A program made the position numbers and the translations under genes. 20,000 nucleotides of DNA, from NCBI GenBank assembly GCA_051942205.1, contig JAVECO010000017.1, positions 181,541-201,540 of the forward strand, in the 5' to 3' direction. How positions within the stretch are numbered: position 1 is the first letter of the stretch; each line of letters opens with the position of its first letter. Shown here in pieces: positions 1 through 11,916 of the stretch. The DNA comes from Coniocarpon cinnabarinum (taxonomy: Eukaryota). The notes under the pieces were generated by a model. The model searched no databases, had not been told where the DNA came from, and saw only the letters and a list, made by a program, of their open reading frames with translations.

Positions 1-121
1 AATGAGATATGTTCACGAAAGGGGAGACTGGATGAGAGGCCAGACGCTCTTGAGGCTGTGCTACTCCATCCTCAACTCTACGCTCTTGAGAACATGGAGC
101 GTCTGGTCTCGACCTTGACAT
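1..121 (-). CDS. Possible 5' end of a gene running off the left edge (MSRSRPDAPCSQERRVEDGVAQPQERLASHPVSPFVNISH...), function unknown
   Basis: ATG at 121-119 opens a frame that stays open to position 1. Just upstream on the minus strand is an intron-like segment 233..144 (GTATAT ... GCTAAC gagcc CAG), possibly a 5'UTR intron. No recognisable domain. Confidence 0.3.
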   Translation of the reverse strand, partial: MSRSRPDAPCSQERRVEDGVAQPQERLASHPVSPFVNISH

Positions 122-940
122 ACTGCGCGAGTTGCGCCCGACGCTGGGCTCGTTAGCAGGTTTCACTGCGTCTGAAGCACAAGGCTCTGTGCAAAGGCTT
201 CGGCTTGCCATCAGACTTATAGGAAACATATACCGGCCATCATATCCTCTTGAAATGATATCTCACTGTGAGAAGGGAATCACGCAAGATGCACAATGAA
301 ACGGGAAGACATCTCGAGTGTTAGCACAAGAGGACGGAAATGCGGGGCAATGGCATAAATAAGTGGCTAGTTGCATGTTGAGTGACGCGAGCAACGATCT
401 GGAATAACGATGATCATCAGCGCCCCTGATATGTGGGCCATTTCATCCAAGACGCTAGGATTTGTCGGCGTGAAGGCGTCCTTCATCAAGTACTACACGC
501 GTTCAAACGGCGGGCTGCAAAAAAGCGGCTTTTGTGAAGCTGATCTGATACTGCCCAAAGCTCAGACAAGGAACGGAGCAATCGACGTCGTATTGTGGAT
601 AGCTTCGACCCGCGGACGTTTTGTTGGCCCCGCAGCGGGTACCAGAAGGAACGAAAGACAATCATGCGCTGAGTGGGCGGAAGGCCAAAAAGTCGGCGAC
701 TTGATTATGTTTGACACTGAGCCTTAGCCTGTAATCCAGGAGGCAGAGATGATCGGGACGGTAAACTTTAAATGAGATATCGTGAATGTCATCCAAGCCG
801 GTAATTGAGACTGCATGTCAGATTTGACATTTTTCGAATTTGCTGTGACAATATGTCCCAGAAAGCATACCTGGCGACAGGCGCGATCTATGCTAAGTAG
901 TTATACAAGTGGAGCAGAGAGGGCAAAGAAATTCGTGAGA

Positions 941-1664
941 TCAAAACAGCGCTTTTCGGGCAATCTATCAACAGTTAGCAAGAGCTGATCCCAATGTGCA
1001 GTGATTTGAAACATACAGTCCAAGCTCCAGCCGCAGTTGCCACCATAGCACCGGACGTAAGCATTGGTCGAAGGCCTTTGGTACTCTTGAAGAGCATGCC
1101 GCTCAGACCTCCAGCAGCTAGACTGTTCGTTGCATCATGTTTCCCTCTGTAATATCCTAGTGTGGAATTGAAACCATTATACACCATGGCGATGACGCCA
1201 GCGGAGTTGCCCAGAAAAGGTCCTCTTCTTGTGACAGCATTGAGGACGGAGTTCAGTCTTAACTTGGGAGGAGCGGCGGCTGGCGTTTTTGATAGCCCTT
1301 CTGCGAGTCCCCAAGCCCCACCTATTGATAGCGCAGAGAGATATGTGACGCCTGTTCCGTAGCAGAGATCGTCCGACCAGCCCCGTGATGGCAGGGCGGA
1401 TCGGCCGCCAGGGAGGTCTGAGAGCTGGGTTTCTTCGAGAGATAGGTAATCTAGTGTGTCTTTGTCCAAGCCTGCCAAAGGGTGTAGAGCAGCAGGGTCG
1501 TATGTTTGCGTGCCGAGGAAAGAATTTACATCTTGTATGCTGGCAGGATCTAGAACAGGAGAGGAGTAATCGTCATCGGGGGGAGGTTGCGAGATGTTCT
1601 GAGACTGAGGCTTGGATTGCGATTTGGAGGACGATCGGCCAGTGAGAGTGTCTAAGAGAGTCAT
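941..1664 (-). CDS. TIM23: Mitochondrial inner membrane translocase subunit Tim23 (Tim17/22/23 family), about 223 aa
   Basis: Exons 1664..1017 and 964..941; intron 1016..965 (GTATGT...GCTAAC...TAG, 52 nt). Splicing gives the C-terminus AGAWT-IARKALF*. Family motifs: LHPLAGLDKDTLDYL, PSRGWSDDLCYGTG, KLRLNSVLNAVTRRGPFLGNSAGV, RGKHD..NSLAAGGLSGMLFKST.G. Confidence 0.96.
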
Positions 1665-1876
1665 GTCGTTGACGAGCTTTAACAAAGCCTGTTTTCAGCG
1701 TATTCGCAAAGATATGTCATTCGGCGCGAAACGCATGACATGCGAATTAAAATCAGATAAGGTTTTGAAGAGTCACGTGACGAGTGTTCCAGCCTTGGCG
1801 ATCTAAATATCGCGTTAACACTAGGTGCGCAATACTACTAATTTTGCAGTTCTAAACAGGTGTGTCTTCACTGGCA
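1665..1876. promoter_or_regulatory. Compact bidirectional promoter with central GTCACGTGAC E-box palindrome (1772-1781)
   Basis: Only 212 bp separate the divergent ATGs of TIM23 (1664) and the THADA-like gene (1877). The 10-bp palindrome with a CACGTG core (bHLH, Cbf1-type site) sits almost at the midpoint. CGCGAAA occurs at 1725-1731. Confidence 0.6.
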
Positions 1877-4800
1877 ATGGATTTAAACGACTTCCTGGGT
1901 TCGCTTCTCATATTGGGGAAGGTGGAGGCTCCGTTGGCAGAAGCGCAGCTTCGCGAGTTGGCGCGAAGAGAGAACGAAGTAATCGCTGGACTTGTGCGTC
2001 CTGAAATATTTCACTCGGGAGTGTAAGAGTCAGTCTTGACTTTGCAGCAAGTTTGTGACCAGGACACTCTAACATTAGGCGACAGATCCGTCGCTCGGTA
2101 TTTTGACACTCTAGTACGAACAGCAAATGACCCTACACTGGGAGTACTACACCGTGTGAAAGCTTATGATGTTCTTTGCTCTTTCGTTGGCACGATCTAC
2201 GCAGATGAAACTCACTGCTTAGACCGACGCTACGCGTGCGATCGCCTTATAAGCTTGTACCTGGATCGGCATGACAGTCTCAAAGCCAAACACAACAAGC
2301 GTGTCCTTAAAGTGCTAGTTGCGGCTTGCTTCTCGTCCTCTGAGAAGTGTAATGATGTTGTATCTTTGAGGAGTCATGTCTATCGTCGACTATACAATGT
2401 GATTTTTCTGGATCAAGATCATGTGCGCGCCCGGCCAGCGTTCGAAGCGTTAACCTTACTTGTCAAAAGGGACACAGTATCAGTGTCGTCTCTTCCATGC
2501 TTTCACGAATCAGCCACAGATGCTAGCGAGACAGCTCTTGGCGCAAGCGAGGGCTTGCTGCAAAGCGCGCAGCATACCTTGAATCTTGTGATTCCATGGT
2601 TTAATAGACAGCAAACAGCTCAGGCTGCGGGTCATTTTACAAACGCGTATCTAGCCTCTTTGGAAACGGCGCACCCCGAGTTACGTGAGCGATCTCCGCC
2701 ACTTTGGACAGATTCAGTGCTGGAATACTGCATCCAAGATGTTGTTGAGACTTTCGCCTGGCGAAATTACGTCCTTCCGACGCTTTTCGAAAGGAATGCC
2801 GAACAGTACTGGAGCTTTATCCACTGCCTGCAGACTTCCGAACTCACGGGCACATATCCGAACAAGAGATTGGGCACACGAGGTCAGGAACTCCTCCACA
2901 TTTCTTTACAGGTTGGAATTGAATTGGGCTTAGTTGCTGTTAAAGGTACGTCGATGGCGGGAGTCGACATAATGTGTGTGGCTTGCTGACCTAGTGAAGA
3001 CGCTAGAGCTGATCCTGAATTCCGACAGAATCAGGTGCAGATATCTGTCGCTTCAATTGCTCACATGCTTTCGCAAAGTTCGCTAGCATCCCGGTTGGCT
3101 GGACTTTCTCTCTTAGTGTCTTCCAAGGCAAGAACGAAACCACTCACTCCAGCCGCGATGACGATGTTTCTCCAACATACGTGCCATTTGCAGCAGGAAT
3201 TGGACGCCGGATTCCGCGGACAATTTTTGAGTGTTGTTCACGACCTGTTAAATCGACTTCGGACAGTCATCGCATCACTTGCCAAGCCTTACACTGATTC
3301 TTCAATTTCATTCGATGAACGGGACTCGCTGTATCAGCCATTTAATTCAAACCAACACCGCAGACTAAATCACGCTCAATTTCTTGCCAAGCTTTGCAAC
3401 ACATTCGTGTCAGGCCTTCATCCTTGCTCAAACTACCAGCAACATATCAGTTCTGTAAGGGCGTTGAACATCATAGTCCGATCGAGTGCCGTTGATATTC
3501 TTTCTGATCGCAACCCCGTCACGACACGGCCACTGCGAGTTGGTCTTTTCACGTCCAAAGTTCTGCGTCTTCTGCAAGACTTGCTTCTGGATCCATTTGA
3601 CGACGTACGGCATCAGGCAACACAACTGCTACTATACCCTTTGGCTCCCACGAACACACTCGAAGCGAGACTCTCATCTCTTCAGGTGGCTTGCAATTAT
3701 GTTCATCAGCGATCTGACTGCCTAGCCACGTACACTCCGGTAGAGGAACAGTCTCTAGACGCTCTATTTTCTTCTGCACGCGACAGAGTTATCAAAACGG
3801 GTAGAGCAGATCACGGCGACGGACTTGCTCGTGTATTCACGATTCTAGCACAGCGTTATCTAAATGGATCTGAGTCGTCTGCGAATTTTGCGGACGAAGT
3901 CAAGCTCACTGATCAACCACATGCAAGCTCAAAAGCGTCCTTGCGTGGTCTTGTTGCCCAGTGCATATTCATGTTGCGAGTCTCATTGGAAGTGGCCTCT
4001 CAAAATCTTACTCAGGCCGTCGAGGCTGAGCCTGTCCACGCTTATTTTACGTGTCTGAAGTTTGTATAACCACGCCTCTCATCTATTTCAGCACTGACAT
4101 CTCCAGCTCCTGCTTGAATGTAGGCGGTCAAGATGCTTCTACCAATAAAGACAGACTCTGTCACGTATTTCACGAGTCTTTCCTGACCATCATGGATGTG
4201 ATTGAACGCTTCTGGCATTTAGTCAAGCCCATCTTGTGTAACGATGCACCTGAAGGCTTCATCCTCGAAGATGTACCCGACGAAGCGATCATTGATACCA
4301 AAAGCGTATTGTCATGGGCGTGGCGGGGGCTCAAAGAAGCCAGGTCAGTCTTATCAACTCCTCCAATAGCTCATTATTGACACGAACAGTCTGGTGTATG
4401 TCCAGCTACTGTCCTGCTTGAGACTAGTTTACGATCTCGTCAATGTGGACTATCACCAAGTTCTGGAACGCGTGGGCAATGCAACTTTTCAACAACTGGC
4501 GCATCTTCGCCATCGTGGTGCCTTTTCTACCGTTGCAAATACATTCCTGATTGTCTGTGAAATGAGCCATCAATCGCAACATGAAAAGGCACGAGGTTTG
4601 CTTGACTGTTGGTACAGAGTATGTTTGAAAAACACTTGCCTTTCATTGGAAGACCGACTCACATGCACCCAGGGAGCTTTGGCCTTAATGAAAGAGAGGG
4701 GATCGTCAATTACACGGCGTTCCGCTGGCATCCCATCCATCATTGTTGGTCTTGTGTCTTCTACACGAGACGAACAGTATTTGCCGAAGGCCATCTCGGA

Positions 4801-7252
4801 CCTCAAAGAGATTGCCCTTGAACCAGCGATGTTCAACGAAATCAAAGAGGTAGATCTACCTCAGGTCCATGCGTTGAACAGCCTAAGAAGCCTCTTCCTC
4901 GCCGCTCGACTGTGCGATCAAACTGACCTGTGCATCGTATCTTCTATGGACCTGGCGCTTGAGTGCCTCGTTTCCAAAGTGTATGTATTCAATATTTCCT
5001 TACAAAATTGCAAGTACTGAACAGCGTTGCAGGTGGTCTATCCGCAATAGTGGCCTGATGTTGCTCAGAAGTTTGATCAGCCGACTGCTCGGGTCTCACG
5101 AGGTAGATAACGCTGCCAATGCTTATACTTCATCGTCATCGAAACTAGCATATGCGAGATACCCGGGCTTGTTACAATTAATGCACACAATTCTTTCGGG
5201 CTTCGCCTTCCAAAACGCTTCCTCAAAAACCCATGCACTTCGGCCCTTAGCGCTAGCCACGGAGGCTTATTTTCCAGTGCTTGATCTCATTCGACGGGTC
5301 ACTGTCCCGGATGATGAGATATCTAGATTCCGACCCTTGGTTCTACGAGCAGCAGAAAGTCCACAGTGGCACCTTCGCATTATTGCTGCGAGGGCGTACG
5401 CAAGCATGCTGAAATCTGGAGATGACTTGGCAGGAGTTATTGAAGCGATTCTCAAACCTTTTCCAACGGAGTCGAGTGTCTCGCATGGCCGGTCACTCTG
5501 TGCATACCATCTATGCCGAAGACGCATCTCCCAATTGGAGACTGCTACGCAGAAGCCAAACGGGATCGTCTCTGGAAAGTTGAAAGATCAAAGGTGGCTC
5601 CATCAAATACTACTCCTTCTGGACTCGGCCCTTCAACATGTCCTCATCCTGAAACACCAAGACGCAGTGATTACAACACTCATGGAAGTCTCAAATCTGA
5701 TAGGGAGCTATTTGCTAGATCTAGATCAAAGCTACCCTGAAGCAGAATCTGCTTTCACTAAAATCAGCGCCAGATTCGAATCCATGACCCCTCGCAGGAA
5801 ACAGCGCACTGCAACCGCGCCTTGCTCGGACCTTTTCGATCGCGAACGGCTTTACATGCTTATTTGTAAGCAGCTCCTCCTTGACTCGTGGCGTATGAGC
5901 GAGCGCAGAGCCCTCAATGACATCAACTTCAACTCGAACCATGTTGTATCGCAACTTCTCGAGGCCAACTCTTTGGTCTCACTTCAGGCTTTGCAAGCAC
6001 TGTGGACGTCTCTTTCACGATCCGCGTCAAGTATGCAGCTCAAACTGCTACAGATCCTGACACGCCTGCGACTGCGCACGAAACGGAAAAGTATGGCGAT
6101 ATTCTGTCAAGATGTCATCACAGATGCAGCACAATCCAATGCCGGCAACCATCATTTTATGGACACTATCGACATTCTTCTTCGTACGCTGCCGTTGCCC
6201 GATGACGCTTGGAAGGCACGGTCTCCAATCGAGCTTGAGAGCAATGTTCGAATGACTGGTTTCATTCTTGGCGCAAGTATCAACATCGACCCGTCTCAGA
6301 ACGCTCGTCGTCATGATACGATCAAGAATTGGATTCTGTCCACAAGATTTTGTCTAGAGAATAATGTAAATTGTCTCAAGCCATTTCAATGAGGGCTGCT
6401 AACACTGCACAGGACTTTGCGCTCCGAAATGCTGCAATCACTGGGCTGAGAGGTTTCTCTCAAGCGGTGTGTCGATCACATCACAAAGACGTGGGAATCC
6501 CACGATTGCTCGACGTTCTCTTCACATTATACGATGCGATGAACGACGACGATGATGAAAACCGTTCCGTCGCTGCTCAAGCCGCTGCACATCTCCTTAG
6601 TGTGGCGGGCATGAGGTGTCCCACACATCACCCAGTACCAATCATTGCCCAACAGATACTCGGAAAATTTCTCGTGAAGACCTACAGTTCCGACCCATAT
6701 ATGCTGGAGCAAGCTCTTCAACGACTAACGTGCGGGAAAGGTCTTCTGTCGGTCTCCAAGCAGCTTCAAGATGCCCTAAAGAATGATGACACTTTATTTG
6801 TGGTTGAGAAGCAGAATCTGTACATTGACTGCACGCGAGAGAGCTTCTTTTGGTCGCGGATATTGAGACATCTTCATCCGCAAGAGCGAGCGCGCAGGAA
6901 AGTCTCGGCGTTCGCAAGGTGGATAATCGACGCTATTGCGACTCTCCACGGGCACACGGAGCGCGGCCATGATGGCGCACTTGGCTGGACATCTAAACCC
7001 GAGGTGTTTGCTTTAGGCATGCGTGTCATTCACGCTGCTGGCGTGCTGCTGGCGTGGCGAATGCATGGGGTGAAGCGGATGGGTGTCAGATCAAGTGGTA
7101 TAAGGATAGCTCTGAGGGCGTGGGCTGATATTGGGCATGAAAATGGAATCCACCCGATGTGGCTAGACGCTATCGAGGAGGTGCTGGAACATAGTATCCA
7201 CATGAAGGTCTTGAGAATAGGTCGCGTATTGCAGGCGACAGGCTGGTGTTAA
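1877..7252 (+). CDS. TRM732: THADA/Trm732-family armadillo/HEAT-repeat protein with DUF2428 (tRNA 2'-O-methylation cofactor), about 1673 aa
   Basis: Proposed exons: 1877-1993, 2048-2945, 3000-4059, 4107-4343, 4390-4618, 4673-4980, 5033-6365, 6413-7252 (sum 5022 nt, frame consistent). Family motifs: LLLDPFDDVR, LCNDAPEG, SWAWRGLKEASL, LAHLRHRGAFSTVA, ITRRSAGIP, LPQVHALNSLR, WSIRNSGLMLLRSL, LFVVEKQNLYID. Confidence 0.9.
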
Positions 7253-7760
7253 AGATATCCAATATTCCGGGTAAGAGCATATATGCTTCTGATCCATTCA
7301 AAACGCCTCCTGAGCTTTCGCATGCTTCCCGTTGCAACCAGCGCATTCACCTTTACGTGAAGCACGGGAAATTACACAGCGTTGCCCACAGCAACTGAAA
7401 ATTTATTTCTTTGCCCAGCGGACATTACGCTCCTCAACCTTGTGTAAACACAAAGGTTTCGGTGGAGTTGCCAACTTCGTATGCATTAGAACCTTTCTTC
7501 GGTTCATTTGCAAAGCAAATTTTTCAGCGCCGGGGATAAATACCTCCAGACGCCCATCTCTAAACAACCGCTACACTCCATGAACCATTCCACCTCAACG
7601 CATTCAATCCACAGTGATTCTCTGTTCACTCTTTGGTCATCGAAATTGACGGCAGACGCATCTTAGTAATCACCACTAAGAGACCGCTCCAAACACCGAA
7701 TCGAGTCCAAGGGTTTCTTCAACGCCAGGGTAGCCGCAATTGACACGCGTCAAGAGAGCG

Positions 7761-8110
7761 ATGGCTTTTACAGCAGCCGACACCGTCGCAGTCCTGCTTT
7801 GCGTTTTCTTTGTGCTGGCCATACTGGTGTACATTTGGTGGTGGCGCTTGGGTGATACATGGACCACGGCAGCGAGGATGAAGGAAAGAGTACGTCTGGC
7901 CGAATGCTACGCTCCTCCAGCACCAAATCCGAGGCTTATCATACTTGGTGGGCACCGGAGTGGAGAATGAAAGAGACTGACATTTCACAGGCAGCGAGAG
8001 CGCAGCGGGAAGCAGAACAAGGAGTAGCGCCGGCGCCAGCACCGGAGCCAGTACCTGAAGCGCCAGCACCGGCAGCAGCAGCACCGGCAGCAGCAGCACC
8101 GGCAGCCTAG
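7761..8110 (+). CDS. Small orphan single-pass membrane protein (82 aa) with Ala/Pro-rich C-terminal tail
   Basis: Exon 1 7761-7889 (MAFTAADTVAVLLCVFFVLAILVYIWWWRLGDTWTTAARMKER). Phase-0 intron 7890-7990 (GTACGT...CTGAC atttca CAG). Exon 2 7991-8110 (AARAQREAEQGVAPAPAPEPVPEAPAPAAAAPAAAAPAA*). The splice joins two ORF-track fragments that lie in different frames. Confidence 0.7.
8027..8107 (+). repeat. Coding low-complexity repeat (GCA/CCG; PAAAA units) in the small protein tail
   Basis: Repeated units such as gcaccggcagcagca and gcgccagcaccgg are directly visible. Confidence 0.75.
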
Positions 8111-8231
8111 GGATAATATGAGTTCGATTGTGTGGCCAACGCTCCCAAGCTTGCCCCCGTTAAGGGCAATATGTGAATATGGGATAGACCGAGTACTTCA
8201 CCAATGTCCACTACCCGATCGCTTGACTGTT

Positions 8232-8238
8232 TGAGTCA
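8232..8238. promoter_or_regulatory. Gcn4/CpcA/CPC-1 response element TGAGTCA upstream of aspartate kinase
   Basis: Perfect TGA(C/G)TCA heptamer about 540 bp upstream of the HOM3 ATG. A near-match TGAGTCT lies at 8738-8744. HOM3 is a known general-amino-acid-control target in yeast. Confidence 0.5.
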
Positions 8239-8774
8239 AGAGCTTGAGAATGGATATGAGGTATGGATAACCTGTTGTGTATGAGAGCCTGACATTGAAG
8301 TCTGTAGTTCAAGCTATATGGCTTGGGACTGCCTTCGCGCATGCAGTCCAGAGCAACCAGAAGTTGGATTAGCTATAAAGCACATGTGTGTCCCTTTAGT
8401 GCCGAAAAGAATTTATAATGCCGATGTTCGGCCGCAAGACTCTGGCGAAAGCTAGGCCTTTCCCTAGACATTACTTCACGGATGACTTGGAGCACGGATA
8501 ACTTAGAGTCTACGCTGTCGTAATGAGCTTGGTGATGTCTCTCGAAATTATCGAGTGGCTAGGAGGAAGCCATGGAATATTCATGGCACACCTGACGCCA
8601 TTAAAATCTCCGATTACGGCAGAGTTTAACAGGGTCATGCCGATTCCAATGGCTTTCGAAATTTTAGTCGTGGTCCAGAACGAGACATCTGCACTCAACT
8701 TAAATAGTTTTTAATTTTGAGAAGACTCCGTCTTTTGTGAGTCTTCCACGTGGAAAGCCTCTTACGACACGATT

Positions 8775-10523
8775 ATGAACGGCGTGGTCAGGGACACTCA
8801 TCTGGCACACAAGTCAGACGCATATCCTTGTCTTTTGCAAAATCATGGTTCACGTCCTTGGGTCGTGCAGAAATACGGAGGGACCGCTGTAGGAAAATTT
8901 CCCCAGGCCATAGTGCAAAATGTAAAAGACGAGCTGAAGGGTCATTCGGTTTCTTTGGTAGCTTCGGCCAGAAGCACAAACATCAAATCCCAGGGCACAA
9001 CAACAAGGTGAGCCTATATGTTTACGATGCTCTCTGAGTGCTGAGAGTTGGTAGATTGATCAAAGCTGCACACGAGGCAGAAAATCCTGAATCAAGAGCG
9101 TTCGAGGGCATCATTAAAACGATACGCGACGATCACATAGAGGCGGCTCGCAAGTATTTCGCAAACCGTGAGAGTCCTCAGTCAAATACGGTCTTCAATC
9201 GTTTTACTCAAAGAGTCGACGACGAATGTCAAGATCTGATAGGCTTTCTTTTAGCTGCCCAAAGGGTTGGTGAGATCAGCGTGAAGTCAAAGAACACCAT
9301 CGTGAGCAAGGGCGAGATCTTAAGCTGTCACTTCCTCATCGCCATTCTCGAGCACGAGGGTATTGACGTAGAGCTTGTGGACTTGAGCAATATTGTTCCG
9401 GTGAAAACTGACCCATTTAGTGTCAAAGCTCCTGAGGGAGTGGGACAAGACTTCTATGACGCTGTCGCTGAAGCTATCAGGGTTCGGATAAAGGAGTGCG
9501 GTCCACGCATACCTGTTGTTACAGGCTACTTTGGAATAGTTTCTGGCGGCTTGCTCGATCAAGTTGGCCGTGGATATACAGATCTTTGCGCTGCGCTGGT
9601 CGCAGTTGGCGTGCAAGCTACAGAGCTGCAAATATGGAAAGAGGTCGACGGAATCTTTAGTGCTGATCCTCGCAGAGTGCCAACTTCGAAGCTTCTCACT
9701 ACAATCACGCCCGCGGAAGCCGCAGAGCTAACCTTTTACGGATCTGAAGTAATACATCCTTTCACAATGCATCAGGCAGTATCCTCTCGTATCCCACTTA
9801 GGATTCGCAACGTGAACAACTCCACCGGGCCTGGTACAAAGATCGTGCCTGATTTAACAACGTCTTACAATGTTGATGGCTCTCCTGGCCATCGCCCGAA
9901 CGGGTCCCTGTCATTCCGCCCGCGTAGCAGCTGTGGCAAGCCCATGAGCCTTCGAGCGAAGCGTCCAACGGCAGTGACTATAAAGAACAACATCTTAGTC
10001 ATGAACGTCCACTCGAACAAGCGTTCTCTCTCACATGGCTTTTTTGCAAAGATCTTCTCCATCCTCGATAAATGGAAACTCTCTGTCGATTTGATATCAA
10101 CTTCAGAGGTCCATGTTTCTATGGCACTCCATTCAGAAAGCGCCTTTGTGGATGGCAAGGACACTAACAAGCGAGTAGTCGATGAAGACTTGAAGCGCGC
10201 ATTGGATGAGATCAAGCTGGTTGGTGATGTGGATTTGTTAGATGACATGGCGATTCTGAGCTTGGTGGGGCGTGAAATGAAGAACATGATTGGCATAGCT
10301 GGGCGAATGTTTAGTGTGCTCGGAGAAAATCATGTCAATATTGAGATGATATCGCAAGGTACGCAGGAAGTACACCTTGTATTATAGCTGACGACGACTG
10401 ACTCACAGACTAGGCGCAAGCGAGATCAACATTTCCTGCGTGATTGAGAATCGGGATGCCGACCGAGCCATGAGCATTTTACACACGAATCTGTTCACGT
10501 TCTTAGACGATGCGCCCTCCTAG
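8775..10523 (+). CDS. HOM3: Aspartate kinase (amino-acid kinase domain plus two ACT domains), about 548 aa
   Basis: Exons 8775-9007, 9055-10358, 10414-10523; introns 9008-9054 (GTGAGC..TAG) and 10359-10413 (GTACGC..CTGAC..TAG). Motifs: WVVQKYGGTAVGKF, SARS...GTTTRL, VGRGYTDLCAAL, WKEVDGIFSADPR, EAAELTFYGSEVIHPFTM, VDLISTSEVHVS, NIEMISQGASEINISCVI. Confidence 0.97.
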
Positions 10524-11916
10524 TCTACCGTTGCTACAATGTTTAGTACTCTGACTAATGCCTTGAAATGTTTCGATCGACGAATGACGTATCTCTGGCC
10601 ATGCTGAAGACCCGGTCGAGCAGCTCCTGAAGCCGTGTGTTGCTCAACTTGTCGAATTTACGCAGACGAGGCGTCCAGCTTCACTAGTTTTCCCCATTGC
10701 AGTGGAAATGAGCAAAGCACGAAGTTTTATGAATCCTAGAGACCCTCTGGGCACACGCTTGAGCAAGACACCAAAAAATGTCCTGATTCAGCACTCCAGT
10801 CGCGAAACTTTGATCTGGTAGTAGTACAGCGACAGAGGGTCCAGATCAGACTAAACGGTGCCTCGCGAAGAAGCCTTGGTCAGAAAACGAAAGCCGGAGC
10901 ATGCGACGGTACTGTTCGTTGAAGTACATTCTGAACAGTCGCAGGTGTTTGACGATCATCAAAGGGAAACTGTGCCGCGAAGTGTAACGGGTTTAACATA
11001 GATGAGAAGACGACTTTGCTTGGCACGTTTGAGGACAGCCACGGTCTGCAATGCAATTGCGACCGCAAGCTGTCATCGACTTCATAGATCTCCGATCTTG
11101 GGCTGTATATATGGAAGATGGTGATAATGGCGAGATGGTGAGGGTCTTATTGCACCCAGCGACCGTTTGGGCGAGGATATACGTTGTCGAGTGGGATACA
11201 ATCTTGATGCATCCGACTCGGTTTCAATGAGGAGACGTATACTCATTGAATCAACCTCGACAGGAGATTTGTTTGTCATCATCAAAGCATATCAATAAGA
11301 GGAGGCGCATTTGTCGCAAGACGTCTAAATTGCTGTTGTAAATGATGCGACTGAAGGCTGCTAGCAATGAATGTCAACTCTGATCGCTCTCGTGCTGCAC
11401 GGAAAGCACTCTATTCCGAATGCCTAATAAGCTGAAATCATTTGACTCGGAGATCAAGACGATATTATCAAGAATGCGATGACCCTCTGCTACTCATGCC
11501 GCCGTTCTGTTTCTATATGGGCGACCTGAATAGGACTAGCGTATGCAGGCGTCACAAGCTGGGGAAGCAACTGACTGGGCTTGTTGGACTGCTGACTAGC
11601 TAAGAATACAATTGCCATTTGCTACTTACTTCTTCACGAGCTTTGGCAGAACAATTCGTAGTCTTTCGATAACATCTCGCCTGGTGATTGCAAAGCATTA
11701 CTGTCACCAGGCTTAGCAAGCCCCTCAACCCAGCTCTCTAAACAATCCTCGAGGCGGAGAAGCCGAACTCACTACCCTGGACGGTATTCTTGTGAAAACA
11801 CTTGCGGTCACATCCCGCAATCTATCCTAGGCTTCGCAAGACCAATATACGGTGGTGAAGACCTCTCTTGAGGGCCTATTGGCCGTCGTTCATTGCGACC
11901 AACGAAGCTTGGCGTG

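Noticed and set aside
410..727. 105-aa plus-strand ORF ending ...GDLIMFDTEP
   Set aside because: No recognisable domain or convincing splice link. The splice-like signals in this area lie on the opposite strand. It cannot be excluded, but is unsupported.
7719..8099. 126-aa minus-strand ORF starting MLLLPVLLLPVL (signal-peptide-like)
   Set aside because: Non-ATG start, and it is the antisense reading of the GCA/CCG repeat in the plus-strand small gene.
10524..11916. 1.4-kb intergenic gap with short ORFs and a 9-bp inverted repeat TTCAATGAG/CTCATTGAA (11223-11250)
   Set aside because: No coherent exon chain, tRNA cloverleaf or snoRNA boxes were found. One 9-bp stem is plausible by chance in 20 kb.
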